The notes under the pieces: generated by a model
The model's input: only the letters and a program-made list of their open reading frames with translations
Database searches by the model: none
Told to the model about the DNA's origin: nothing
Position numbers and translations under genes: made by a program
Shown here: piece after piece, positions 27,693 through 42,253 of the stretch
Position numbering within the stretch: the stretch's first letter is position 1
How the letters are laid out: every line of letters begins with the position of its first letter
Origin: the human T2T-CHM13v2.0 reference genome, Homo sapiens
Assembly: GCF_009914755.1 (NCBI RefSeq)
Contig: NC_060925.1
DNA: 64,000 nucleotides
Strand: one strand, 5' to 3'

Positions 27693-30600
27693 GATTGCAT
27701 TCGATAATTCCATTCGGTTCCATTTGAGGATAATTCCATTTGAGTCCATTCGATGATTGTTCCATTCGATTCTATTCGGTGATTCCATTCGATTCCATTT
27801 GATAATGATTCCAATCGAGACCATTCGATGATTCCATTCAATTCCATTCAATAATGATCCCTTTCGAGTCCATTCAATGATTCCATTCCAGTCCATTCGA
27901 TGATTCCATCTGATTCCATTCAAAGAATCCATTCGATTCCATTCTATGACGATTCCATTCATTTCCATCTGATGATGATTCCATTCGATTCCATTCAATG
28001 ATACCTTTCGATTCCATTTGATGATGATTTCAGTCAATTTTATTCGATCATTCCATTCGAATCCATTCGATGATGAGTCCATCCATTTCAATTTCATGAT
28101 GATTCCACTCGTTTCAATTCGATGGTGTTTCCATTCGATTCATTCGATGTTGATTCCATTAGCTTCCGTTGGATGATGATTCCATTCGGGTCCATTCGAT
28201 GATGATCACACTGGATTTCATTCCATAATTCTATGCGATTCCATTCGATGATGATTCCATTCATTTCCATCCGATGATGATTCCATTCGATTCCGTTCAA
28301 TGATTATTCCATTCGAGTCAATTCGATGATTCCATTCGATTCCATTCGATGATGATTGCATTCGAGTCCATGGATTATTCCATTCCATTCCATTAGATGA
28401 TTCCATTCGGGTCCGTTCGATGATTCTCTTCGATTCCATTCGATAATTCCGTTTTTTTCCGTTTGATGTTGATACCATTCGATTCCATTCGATGATAATT
28501 CCATTCGATTCTATGCGATGATTCCATTCCATTCCATTGGAAGATGATTCCATTCGAGACCATTCGATGATTGCATTCAATTCATTTGATGACTATTCCA
28601 TTCAATTCCGTTCAATGATTCCATTTGATTCCATTTGATGTTGATTCCATTCGACTCCATTTTATGATGATTCCATGCAATTCCATTAGATGATGACTCC
28701 TTTCATTTCCATTCGATGATGATTCCATTCGTTTCCATCCGATGATGATTCCATTCGATTCCGTTTAATGATTATTCCATTCGAGTCCATTCGATGATTC
28801 CATTCGATTCCATTCGATGATGATTGCATTCGAGTCCATGGATTATTCCATTCCATTCCATTAGATGATTCCATTCGGATCCGTTCGATGATTCTCTTCG
28901 ATTCCATTCGATAATTTCGTTTTTTTCCATTTGATGTTGATACAATTCGATTCCATTCGATGATAATTCCATTCGATTCTATGTGATGATTCCATTCCAT
29001 TCCATTTGAAGATGATTCCATTCGAGACCATTCGATGATTGCATTCAATTCATTCGATGACGATTTCATTCAATTCCGTTCAATGATTCCATTTGATTCT
29101 ATTCGATGTTGATTCCATTCGATTCCATTTGATGATGATTCCATGCAATTCAATTAGATGATGACTCCTTTCATTTCCATTCGATGATGATTCCATTCGT
29201 TTCCATCCGATGATGATTCCATTCGATTCCGTTCAATGATTATTCCATTCGAGTCCATTTGATGATTCCATTCGGTTCTATACGATGATGATTGCATTCG
29301 AGTCCGTGGATTATTCCATTCCTTTCCATTAGATGATTCCATTCGAGTCCATTCGATGATTCTCTTCGATTCCATTCGATAATTCCGCTTGATTCCGTTT
29401 GATGCTGATTCCATTCGAGTCCATTCAATGTTAATTCCATTCGATTCTATGCGATGATTCCATTCCTTTCCATTAGAAGATGATTCCATTCGAGACCATT
29501 CGATGATTGCATTCAATTCATTCGGTGACGATTCCATTGAATTCTGTTCCATGATTCCACTAGATTCCATTTGATGATGATTCCATTCGATTCCATTTGA
29601 TGATGATTCCATGCGATTCCATTAGATGATGACCCCTTTCATTTCCATTCAATGAGGATTCCATTCGGTTCCATTTGATGATGATTCCTTTGAATTCCAT
29701 TTGATGACAATTCCATTCAATACCAATTGATGACGGTTATTTTTGATTCCATTTGATGATGATTACATTCGATTCCATTTGATCATAATTCCATTCGATT
29801 CCACTCGATGATTCCATTCGATTCCATTCAATGATGATTCCATTCGAGTTCATTGACTGTTCCATTCCATTCCATTCGATGATTCCATTCGAGTCCATTC
29901 GATGATTCTATTCGATTGCATTGGATAATTCCATTCGATTGCATTCGATAATTCCATTAGATTCCATTTGAGGATAATTCCATTTGAGTCCATTCGATGA
30001 TTGTTCCATTCGATTCTATTCGGTGATTCCATTCGATTCCATTTGATAATGATTCCAATCGAGACCATTCGATGATTCTATTCAATTCCATTCAATAATG
30101 ATCCCTTTCGAGTCCCATTCAATGATTCCATTCCAGTCCATTCGATGATTCCATCTGATTCCATTCAATGAATCCATTCGATTCCATTCTATGACGATTC
30201 CATTCATTTCCATCTGATGATGATTCCATTCGATTCCATTCAATGATACCATTCGATTCCATTTGATGATGATTTCAATCAATTTTATTCGATGATTCCA
30301 TTCGAATCCATTCGATGATGAGTCCATCCCTTTCAGTTTCATGATAATTCCATTCGTTTCAATTCGATGGTGTTTCCATTCGATTCATTCGATGTTGATT
30401 CCATTAGCTTCCGTTGGATGATGATTCCATTAGGGTCCATTCGATGATCACACTGGATTTCATTCCATAATTCTATTCGATTCCATTCGATGATGATTCC
30501 ATTCATATCCATCCGATGATGATTCCATTTGATTCCGTTCAATGATTATTCCATTCGAGTCCATTCGATGATTCCATTCGATTCCATTCGATGATGATTG

Positions 30601-33600
30601 CATTCGAGTCCATGGATTATTCCATTCCATTCCATTAGATGATTCCATTCGGGTCCATTCGATGATTCTCTTCGATTCCATTCGATAATTCCGTTTTTTT
30701 CCATTTGATGTTGATACAATTCGATTCCATTCGATGATAATTCCATTCGATTCTATGCGATGATTCCATTCCATTCCATTTGAAGATGATTCCATTCGAG
30801 ACCATTCGATGATTGCATTCAATTCATTCGATGACGATTCCATTCAATTCCGTTCAATGATTCCATTTGATTCCATTTGATGTTGATTCCATTCGATTCC
30901 ATTTTATGATGATTCCATGCAATTCAATTAGATGATGACTCCTTTCATTTCCATTCGATGATGATTCCATTCGTTTCAATCCGATGATGATTCCATTCGA
31001 TTCCGTTCAATGATTATTCCATTCGAGTCCATTCGATGATTCCATTCGTTTCTATACGATGATGATTGCATTCGAGTCCGTGGATTATTCCATTCCATTC
31101 CATTAGATGATTCCATTCAAGTCCCTTCCATGATTGTTTTCGATTCCATTCGATAATTCCGCTTGATTCCGTTTGATGTTGATTCCATTCGAGTCCATTG
31201 AATGTTAATTCCATTCGATTCTATGCGATGATTCCATTCCTTTCCATTAGAAGATGATTCCATTCGAGACCATTCGATGATTGCATTCAATTCATTCGAT
31301 GACGATTCCATTCAATTCTGTTCAATGATTCCATTAGATTCCATTTGATGATGATTCCATTCGATTCCATTTGATGATGATTCCATGCGATTCCATTAGA
31401 TGATGACCCCTTTCATTTCCATTCAATGAGGATTCCATTCGGTTCCATTTGATGATGATTCCTTTGAATTCCATTTGATGACAATTCCATTCAATACCAA
31501 TTGATGATGGTTATTTTTGATTCCATTTGATGATGATTACATTCGATTCCATTTGATCATAATTCCAATCGATTCCACTCGATGATTCCATTCGATTCCA
31601 TTCAATGATGATTCCATTCGAGTTCATTGACTGTTCCAATCTATTCCATTCGATGATTCCATTCGAGTGCATTCGATGATTCTATTCGATTGCATTTGAT
31701 AATTCCTTTCGATTGCATTCAATAATTCCATTCGATTCCATTTGAGGATAATTCCATTTGAGTCCATTCGATGATTGTTCCATTCGATTCTATTCGGTGA
31801 TTCCATTCGATTCCATTTGATAATGATTCCAATCGAGACCATTCGATGATTCCATTCAATTCCATTCAATAATGATCCCTTTCGAGTCCATTCAATGATT
31901 CCATTCCAGTCCATTCGATGATTCCATCTGATTCCATTCAATGAATCCATTCGATTCCATTCTATGACGATTCCATTCATTTCCATCTGATGATGATTCC
32001 ATTCGATTCCATTCAATGATACCATTCGATTCCATTCGATGATGATTTCAATCAATTTTATTCGATGATTCCATTCGAATCCATTCGATGATGAGTCCAT
32101 CCATTTCAATTTCATGATAATTCCATTCGTTTCAATTCGATGGTGTTTCCATTCGATTCATTCGATGTTGATTCCATTAGCTTCCGTTGGATGATGATTC
32201 CATTCGGGTCCATTCGATGATGATCACACTGGATTTCATTCCATAATTCTATTCGATTCCATTCGATGATGATTCCATTCATATCCATCCGATGATGATT
32301 CCATTCGATTCCGTTCAATGATTATTCCATTCGAGTCCATTCGATGATTCCATTCGGTTCTATACAATGATGATTGCATTCGAGTCCGTGGATTATTCCA
32401 TTCCATTCCATTAGATGTTTCCTTTCAACTCCATTCAATGATTCCCTTTAATTCCATTCGATAATTCCGCTTGATTCCGTTTCATGTTGATTCCATTAGA
32501 GTCCATTGAATGTTAATTCCATTCGATTCTATGCGATGATTCCATTCCTTTCCATTAGAAGATGATTCCATTCGAGACCATTCGATGATTGCATTCAATT
32601 CATTCGATGACGATTCCATTCAATTCTGTTCCATGATTCCATTAGATTCCATTTGATGATGATTCCATTCATTTCCATCCGATGATGATTCCATTCGATT
32701 CCGTTCAATGATTATTCCATTCGAGTCCACTCGATGATTCCATTCGATTCCATTCGATGATGATTGCATTCGAGTCCATGGATTATTCCATTCCATTCCA
32801 TTAGATGATTCCATTCGGGTCCATTCGATGATTCTCTTCGATTCCATTCGATAATTCCGTTTTTTTCCGTTTGATGTTGATTCCATTCTATTCCATTCGA
32901 TGATAATTCCATTCGATTCTATGCGATGATACCATTCCATTCCATTTGAAGATGATTCCATTCGAGACGATTCGATGATTGCATTCAATTCATTCGATGA
33001 CGATTCCATTCAATTCCGTTCAATGATTCCATTTGATTCCATTTGATGTTGATTCCATTCGATTCCATTTTATGATGATTCCATGCAATTCCATTAGATG
33101 ATGACTCCTTTCATTTCCATTCGATGATGATTCCATTCGTTTCCATCCGATGATGAGTCCGTTCGATTCTGTTCAATGATTATTCCATTCGAGTCCATTC
33201 GATGATTCCATTCGATTCCATTCGATGATGATTGCCTTCCAGTCCATGGATTATTCCATTCCATTCCATTAGATGATTCCATTCGGGTCCGTTCGAAGAT
33301 TCTCTTCGATTCCATTCGATAATTCCGTTTTTTTTCCGTTTGATGTTGATACCATTCGATTCCATTCGATGATAATTCCATTCGATTCTATGCGATGATT
33401 CCATTCCTTTCCATTAGAAGATGATTCCATTCGAGACCATTCGATGATTGCATTCAATTCATTCGATGACGATTCCATTCAATTCTGTTCAATGATTCCA
33501 TCAGATTCCATTTGATGATGATTCCATTCGATTCCATTTGATGATGATTCCATGCGATTCCATTAGATGATGACCCCTTTCATTTCCATTCAATGAGGAT

Positions 33601-36600
33601 TCCATTCGGTTCCATTTGATGATGTTTCCTTTGAATTCCATTTGATGACAATTCCATTCAATACCAATTGATGATGGTTATTTTTGATTCCATTTGATGA
33701 TGATTACATTCGATTCCATTTGATCATAATTCCATTCGATTCCACTCGATGATTCCATTCGATTCCATTCAATGTTGATTCCATTCGAGTTCATTGACTG
33801 TTCCATTCCATTCCATTCGATGATTCCATTCGAGTCCATTCGATAATTCTATTCGATAGCATTCGATAATTCCATTCGATTCCATTCGATAATTCCATTC
33901 CATTCCATTTGAGGATAATTCCATTTGAGTCCATTCGATGATTGTTCCATTCGATTCTATTCGGTGATTCCATTCGATTCCATTTGATAATGATTCCAAT
34001 CGAGACCATTCGATGATTCCATTCAATTCCATTCAATCATGATCCCTTTCGAGTCCATTCAATGATTCCATTCCAGTCCATTCGATGATTCCATCTGATT
34101 CCATTCAATGAATCCATTCGATTCCATTCATTTCCATCTGATGATGATTCCATTCGATTCCATTCAATGATACCATTCGATTCCATTCGATGATGATTTC
34201 AATCAATTTTATTCGATGATTCCATTCGAATCCATTCGATGATGAGTCCATCCATTTCAATTTCATGATAATTCCATTCGTTTCAATTCGATGGTGTTTC
34301 CATTCGATTCATTCGATGTTGATTCCATTAGCTTCCGTTGGATGATGATTCCATTCGGGTCCATTCGATGATGATCACACTGGATTTCATTCCATAATTC
34401 TATTCGATTCCATTCGATGATGATTCCATTCATTTCCATCCGATGATGATTCCATTCGATTCCGTTCAATGATTATTCCATTCGAGTCCATTCGATGATT
34501 CCATTCGATTCCATTCGATGATGATTGCATTCGAGTCCATGGATTATTCCATTCCATTCCATTAGATGATTCCATTCGGGACCATTCGATGATTCTCTTC
34601 GATTCCATACGATAATTCCGTTTTTTTCCGTTTGATGTTGATTCCATTCGATTCCATTCGATGATAATTCCATTCGATTCTATGCGATGATTCCATTCCA
34701 TTCCATTTGAAGATGATTCCATTCGAGACCATTCGATGATTGCATTCAATTCATTCGATGACGATTCCATTCAATTCCGTTCAATGATTCCATTTGATTC
34801 CATTTCATGTTGATTGCATTCGATTCCATTTTATGATGATTCCATGCAATTCCATTAGATGATGACTCCTTTCATTTCCATTCGGTGATGATTCCATTCG
34901 TTTCCATCCGATGATGATTCCATTCGATTCCGTTAAATGATTATTCCATTCGAGTCCATTCGATGATTCCATTCGATTCCATTCGATGATGATTGCCTTC
35001 CAGTCCATGGATTATTCCATTCCATTCCATTAGATGATACCATTCGGGTCCGTTCGAAGATTCTCTTCGATTCCATTCGATAATTCCGTTTTTTTCTGTT
35101 TGGCGTTGATACCATTCGATTCCATTCGATGATAATTCCATTCGATTCTATGCGATGATTCCATTCCTTTCCATTAGAAGATGATTCCATTCGAGACCAT
35201 TCGATGATTGCATTCAATTCATTCGATGACGATTCCATTCAATTCTGTTCAATGATTCCATCAGATTCCATTTGATGATGATTCCATTCGATTCCATTTG
35301 ATGATGATTCCATGCGATTCCATTAGATGATGACCCTTTTCATTTCCATTCAATGAGGATTCCATTCGGTTCCATTTGATGATGTTTCCTTTGAATTCCA
35401 TTTGATGACAATTCCATTCAATACCAATTGATGATGGTTATTTTTGATTCCATTTGATGATGATTACATTTGATTCCATTTGATCATAATTCCATTCGAT
35501 TCCACTCGATGATTCCATTCGATTCCATTCAATGATGATTCCATTCGAGTTCATTGACTGTTCCATTCCATTCCATTCGATGATTCCATTCGAGTCCATT
35601 CGATGATTCTATTCGATTGCATTCGATAATTCCATTCGATTGCATTCGATAATTCCATTCGATTCCATTTGAGGATAATTCCATTTGAGTCCATTCGATG
35701 ATTGTTCCATTCGATTCTATTCGGTGATTCCATTCGATTCCATTTGATAATGATTCCAATCGAGACCATTCGATGATTCCATTCAATTCCATTCAATCAT
35801 GATCCCTTTCGAGTCCATTCAATGATTCCATTCCAGTCCATTCGATGATTCCATCTGATTCCATTCAATGAATCCATTCGATTCCATTCTATGACGATTC
35901 CATTCATTTCCATCTGATGATGATTCCATTCGATTCCATTCAATGATACCATTCGATTCCATTCGATGATGATTTCAATCAATTTTATTCGATGATTCCA
36001 TTCGAATCCATTCGATGATGAGTCCATCCATTTCAATTTCATGGTAATTCCATTCGTTTCAATTCGATGGTGTTTCCATTTGATTCATTCGATGTTTATT
36101 CCATTAGCTTCCGTTGGATGATGATTCCATTCGGGTCCATTCGATGATGATCACACTGGATTTCATTCCATAATTCTATTCGATTCCATTCGATGATGAT
36201 TCCATTCATTTCCTTCCGATGATGATTCCATTCGATTCCGTTCAATGATTATTCCATTCGAGTCCATTCGATGATTCCATTCGATTCCATTGGATGATGA
36301 TTGCATTCGAGTCCATGGATTATTCCATTCCATTCCATTAGATGATTCCATTCGGGTCCATTCGATGATTCTCTTCGATTCCATTCGATTATTCCGTTTT
36401 TTTCCGTTCGATGTTGATTCCATTCGATTCCATTCGATGATAATTCCATTCGATTCTATGCGATGATTCCATTCCATTCCATTTGAAGATGATTCCATTC
36501 GAGACCATTCGATGATTGCATTCAATTCATTCGATGACGATTCCATTCAATTCCGTTCAATGATTCCATTTGATTCCATTTGATGTTGATTCCATTCGAT

Positions 36601-38747
36601 TCCATTTTATGATGATTCCATGCAATTCCATTAGATGATGACTCCTTTCATTTCCATTCGATGATGATTCCATTCGTTTCCATCCGATGATGATTCCATT
36701 CGATTCCGTTCAATGATTATTCCATTCGAGTCCATTCGATGATTCCATTCGATTCCATTCGATGATGATTGCATTCGAGTCCATGGATTATTCCATTCCA
36801 TTCCATTAGATGATTCCATTCGGGTCCGTTCGAAGATTCTCTTCGATTCCATTCCATAATTCCGTTTTTTTCCGTTTGGTGTTGATACCATTCGATTCCA
36901 TTCGATGATAATTCCATTCGATTCTATGCGATGATTCCATTCTTTCCATTAGAAGATGATTCCATTCGAGACCATTCGTTGATTGCATTCAATTCATTCG
37001 ATGACGATTCCATTCAATTCTTTTCAATGATTCCATTAGATTCCATTTGATGATGATTCCATTCGATTCCATTTGATGATGATTCCATGCGATTCCATTA
37101 GATGATGACCCCTTTCATTTCCATTCAATGAGGATTCCATTCGGTTCCATTTGATGATGATTCCTTTCAATTCCATTTGATGACAATTCCATTCAATACC
37201 AATAGATGATGCTTATTTTTGATTCCATTTGATGATGATTAAATTGGATTCCATTTGATCATAATTCCATTCGATTCCACTCGATGATTCCATTCGATTC
37301 CATTCAATGATGATTCCATTCGAGTTCATTGACTGTTCCATTCCATTCCATTCGATGATTCCATTCGAGTCCATTCGATGATTCTATTCGATTGCATTCG
37401 ATAATTCCATTCGATTGCATTCGATAATTCCATTCGATTCCATTTGAGGATAATTCCATTTGAGTCCATTCAATGATTGCTCCATTCGATTCTATTCGGT
37501 GATTCCATTCGATTCCATTTGATAATAATTCCAAACGAGACCATTTGATGATTCCATTCAATTCCATTCAATCATGATCCCTTTCGAGTCCATTCAATGA
37601 TTCCATTCCAGTCCATTCGATGATTCCATCTGATTCCATTCAATGAATCCATTCGATTCCATTCTATGACGATTCCATTCATTTCCATCTGATGATGATT
37701 CCATTCGATTCCATTCAATGATACCATTCGATACAATTCGATGATGATTTCAATCAATTTTATTCGATGATTCCATTCGAATCCATTCGATGATGAGTCC
37801 ATCCATTTCAATTTCATGGTAATTCCATTCGTTTCAATTCGATGGTGTTTCCATTTGATTCATTCGATGTTGATTCCATTAGCTTCCGTTGGATGATGAT
37901 TCCATTCGGGTCCATTCGATGATGATCACACTGGATTTCAATCCATAATTCTATTCGATTCCATTCGATGATGATTCCATTCATTTGCATCCGATGATGA
38001 TTCCATTCGATTCCGTTCAATGATTATTCCATTCGAGTCCATTCGATGATTCCATTCGATTCCATTCGATGATGATTGCATTCGAGTCCATGGATTATTC
38101 CATTCCATTCCATTAGATGATTCCATTCGGGTCCGTTCGATGATTCTCTTCGATTCCATTCGATAATTCCGTTTTTTTCCGTTTGATGTTGATTCCATTC
38201 GATTCCATTCGATGATAATTCCATTCGATTCTATGCAATGCTTCCATTCCATTCCATTTGAAGATGATTCCATTCGAGACCATTCGATGATTGCATTCAA
38301 TTCATTCGATGACGATTCCATTCAATTCCGTTCAATGATTCCATTTGATTCCATTTGATGTTGATTCCATTCGATTCCATTTTATGATGATTCCATGCAA
38401 TTCCATTAGATGATGACTCCTTTCATTTCCATTCGATGATGATTCCATTCGTTTCCATCCGATGATGATTCCATTCGATTCCGTTCAATGATTATTCCAT
38501 TCGTGTCCATTCGATGATTCCATTCGATTCCATTCGATGATGATTGCATTCGAGTCCGTGGATTATTCCATTCCATTCCATTAGATGATTCCATTCGAGT
38601 CCATTCGATGATTCTTTTTGATTCCATTCGATAATTCCGCTTGATTCCGTTTGATGTTGATTCCATTCGAGTCCATTAAATGTTAATTCCATTCGATTCT
38701 ATGCGATGATTCCATTCCTTTCCATTAGAAGATGATTCCCTTCGAGA

Positions 38748-39545
38748 CCATTCGATGATTGCATTCAATTCATTCGATGACGATTCCATTCAATTCTGTT
38801 CAATGATTCCATTAGATTCCATTTGATGATGATTCCATTCGATTCCATCTGATGATGATTCCATGCGATTCCATTAGATGATGACCCCTTTCATTTCCAT
38901 TCAAAGAGGATTCTATTCGGTTCCATTTGATGATGATTCCTTTGAATTCCATTTGATGACAAATCCATTCAATACCAATTGATGATGGTTATTTTTGATT
39001 CCATTTGATGATGATTACATTCGATTCCATTTGATCATAATTCCATTCGATTCCACTCGATGATTCCATTCGATTCCATTCAATGATGATTCCATTCGAG
39101 TTCATTGACTGTTCCATTCCATTCCATTCGATGATTCCATTCGAGTCCATTCGATGATTGCATTCAATTCATTCGATGACGATTCCATTCAATTCTGTTC
39201 AATGATTCCTTTAGATTCCATTTGATGATGATTCCATTCGATTCCATTTGATGATGATTCCATGCGATTCCATTAGATGATGACCCCTTTCATTTCCATT
39301 CAATGAGGATTCCCTTCGGTTCCATTTGATGATGATTCCTTTGAATTCCATTTGATGACAATTCCTTACAATACCAATTGATGATGGTTATTTTTCATTC
39401 CATTTGATGATGATTACATTCGATTCCATTTGATCATAATTCCATTCGATTCCACTCGATGATTCCATTCGATTCCATTCAATGATGATTCCATTCGAGT
39501 TCATTGACTGTTCCGTTCCATTCCATTCGATGATTCCATTCGAGT
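38748..39545 (+). repeat. 399-bp tandem duplication inside a unit (copy 2 of 4)
   Basis: Same motif at 38875 and 39274; same junction at ~39147-39159; unit length 2175. Confidence 0.9.
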
Positions 39546-42253
39546 CCATTCGATGATTCTATTCGATTGCATTCGATAATTCCATTCGATTGCATTCGAT
39601 AATTCCATTCGATTCCATTTGAGGATAATTCCATTTGAGTCCATTCGATGATTGTTCCATTCGATTCTATTCGGTGATTCCATTGGATTCCATTTGATAA
39701 TGATTCCAATTGAGACCATTCCATGATTCCATTCAATTCCATTCAATAATGATCTCTTTCGAGTCCATTCAATGATTCCATTCCAGTCCATTCGATGATT
39801 CCATGTGATTCCATTCAATGAATCCATTCGATTCCATTCTATGACGATTCTATTTATTTCCATCTGATGATGATTCCATTCGATTCCATTCAATGATACC
39901 ATTCGATTCCATTTGATGATGATTTCAATCAATTTTATTCGATGATTCCATTCGAATCCATTCGATGATGAGTCCATCCATTTCAATTTCATGATAATTC
40001 CATTCGTTTCAATTCGATGGTGTTTCCATTCGATTCATTCGATGTTGATTCCATTAGCTTCCGTTGGATGATGATTCCATTCGGGTCCATTCGATGATGA
40101 TCACACTGGATTTCATTCCATAATTCTATTTGATTCCATTCGATGATGATTCCATTCATTTCCATCCAATGATGATTCCATTCAATTCCGTTCAATGATT
40201 ATTCCATTAGAGTCCATTCGATGATTCCATTCGATTCCATTCGATGATGATTGCATTCGAGTCCATGGATTATTCCATTCCATTCCATTAGATGATTCCA
40301 TTCGGGTCCATTCGATGATTCTCTTCGATTCCATTCGATAATTCCGTTTTTTTCCGTTTGATGTTGATTCCATTCGATTCCATGCGATGATTCCATTCCA
40401 TTCCATTTGAAGATGATTCCATTCGAGACCATTCGATGATTGCATTCAATTCATTCGATGACGATTCCATTCAATCCCGTTCAATGATTCCATTTGATTC
40501 CATTTGATTTGATTCCATTCGATTCCATTTTATGATGGTTCCATGCAATTCCATTAGATGATGACTCCTTTCATTTCCATTCGATGATGATTCCGTTCTT
40601 TTCCATCGAAGATGATGATTCCATTCGATTCCGTTCAATGATTATTCCATTCGAGTCCATTCGATGATTCCATTCGATTCTATACGATGATGATTGCATT
40701 CGAGTCCGTGGATTATTCCATTCCATTCCATTAGATGATTCCATTCGAGTCCATTCGATGATTCTCTTCGATTCCATTCGATAATTCCGCTTGATTCCGT
40801 TTGATGTTGATTCCATTCGAGTCCATTCAATGTTAATTCCATTCGATTCTATGCGATGATTCCATTCCTTTCCATTAGAAGATGATTCCCTTCGAGACCG
40901 TTCGATGATTGCATTCAATTCATTCGATGACGATTCCATTCAATTCTGTTCAATGTTTCCATTAGATTCCATTTGATGATGATTCCATTCGATTCCATTT
41001 GATGATGATTCCATGCGATTCCATTAGATGATGACCCCTTCATTTCCATTCAATGAGGATTCCATTCGATTCCATTTGATGATGATTCCTTTGAATTCCA
41101 TTTGATGACAATTCCATTCAATACCAATTGATGATGGTTATTTTTGATTCCATTTGATGATGATTACACTCGATTCCATTTGATCATAATTCCATTCGAT
41201 TCCACTCGATGATTCCATTCGATTCCATTCAATGTTGATTCCATTCGAGTTCATTGACTGTTCCATTCCATTCCATTCGATAATTCCATTCGATTGCATT
41301 CGATAATTCCATTCGATTCCATTTGAGGATAATTCCATTTGAGTCCATTCGATGATTGTTCCATTCGATTCTATTCGGTGATTCCATTCGATTCCATTTG
41401 ATAATGATTCCAATCGAGACCATTCGATGATTCCATTCAATTCCATTCAATAATGATCCTTTCGAGTCCATTCAATGATTCCATTCCAGTCCATTCGATG
41501 ATTCCATCTGATTCCATTCAATGAATCCATTCGATTCCATTCTATGACGATTCCATTCATTTCCATCTGATGATGATTCCATTCGATTCCATTCAATGAT
41601 ACCATTCGATTCCATTTGATGATGATTTCAGTCAATTTTATTCGATCATTCCATTCGAATCCATTCGATGATGAGTCCATCCATTTCAATTTCATGATGA
41701 TTCCACTCGTTTCAATTCGATGGTGTTTCCATTCGATTCATTCGATGTTGATTCCATTAGCTTCCGTTGGATGATGATTCCATTCGGGTCCATTCGATGA
41801 TGATCACACTGGATTTCATGCCATAATTCTATTCGATTCCATTCGATGATGATTCCATTCATTTCCATCCGATGATGATTCCATTCGATTCCGTTCTATG
41901 ATTATTCCATTCGAGTCAATTCGATGATTCCATTCGATTCCATTCAATGATGATTGCATTCGAGTCCATGGATTATTCCATTCCATTCCATTAGATGATT
42001 CCATTCGTGTCCGTTCGATGATTCTCTTCGATTCCATTCGGTAATTCCGTTTTTTTCCGTTTGATGTTGATACCATTCGATTCCATTCGATGATAATTCC
42101 ATTCGATTCTATACGATGATTCCATTCCATTCCATTGGAAGATGATTCCATTCGAGACCATTCGATGATTGCATTCAATTCATTTGATGACGATTCCATT
42201 CAATTCCGTTCAATGATTCCATTTGATTCCATTTGATGTTGATTCCATTCGAC

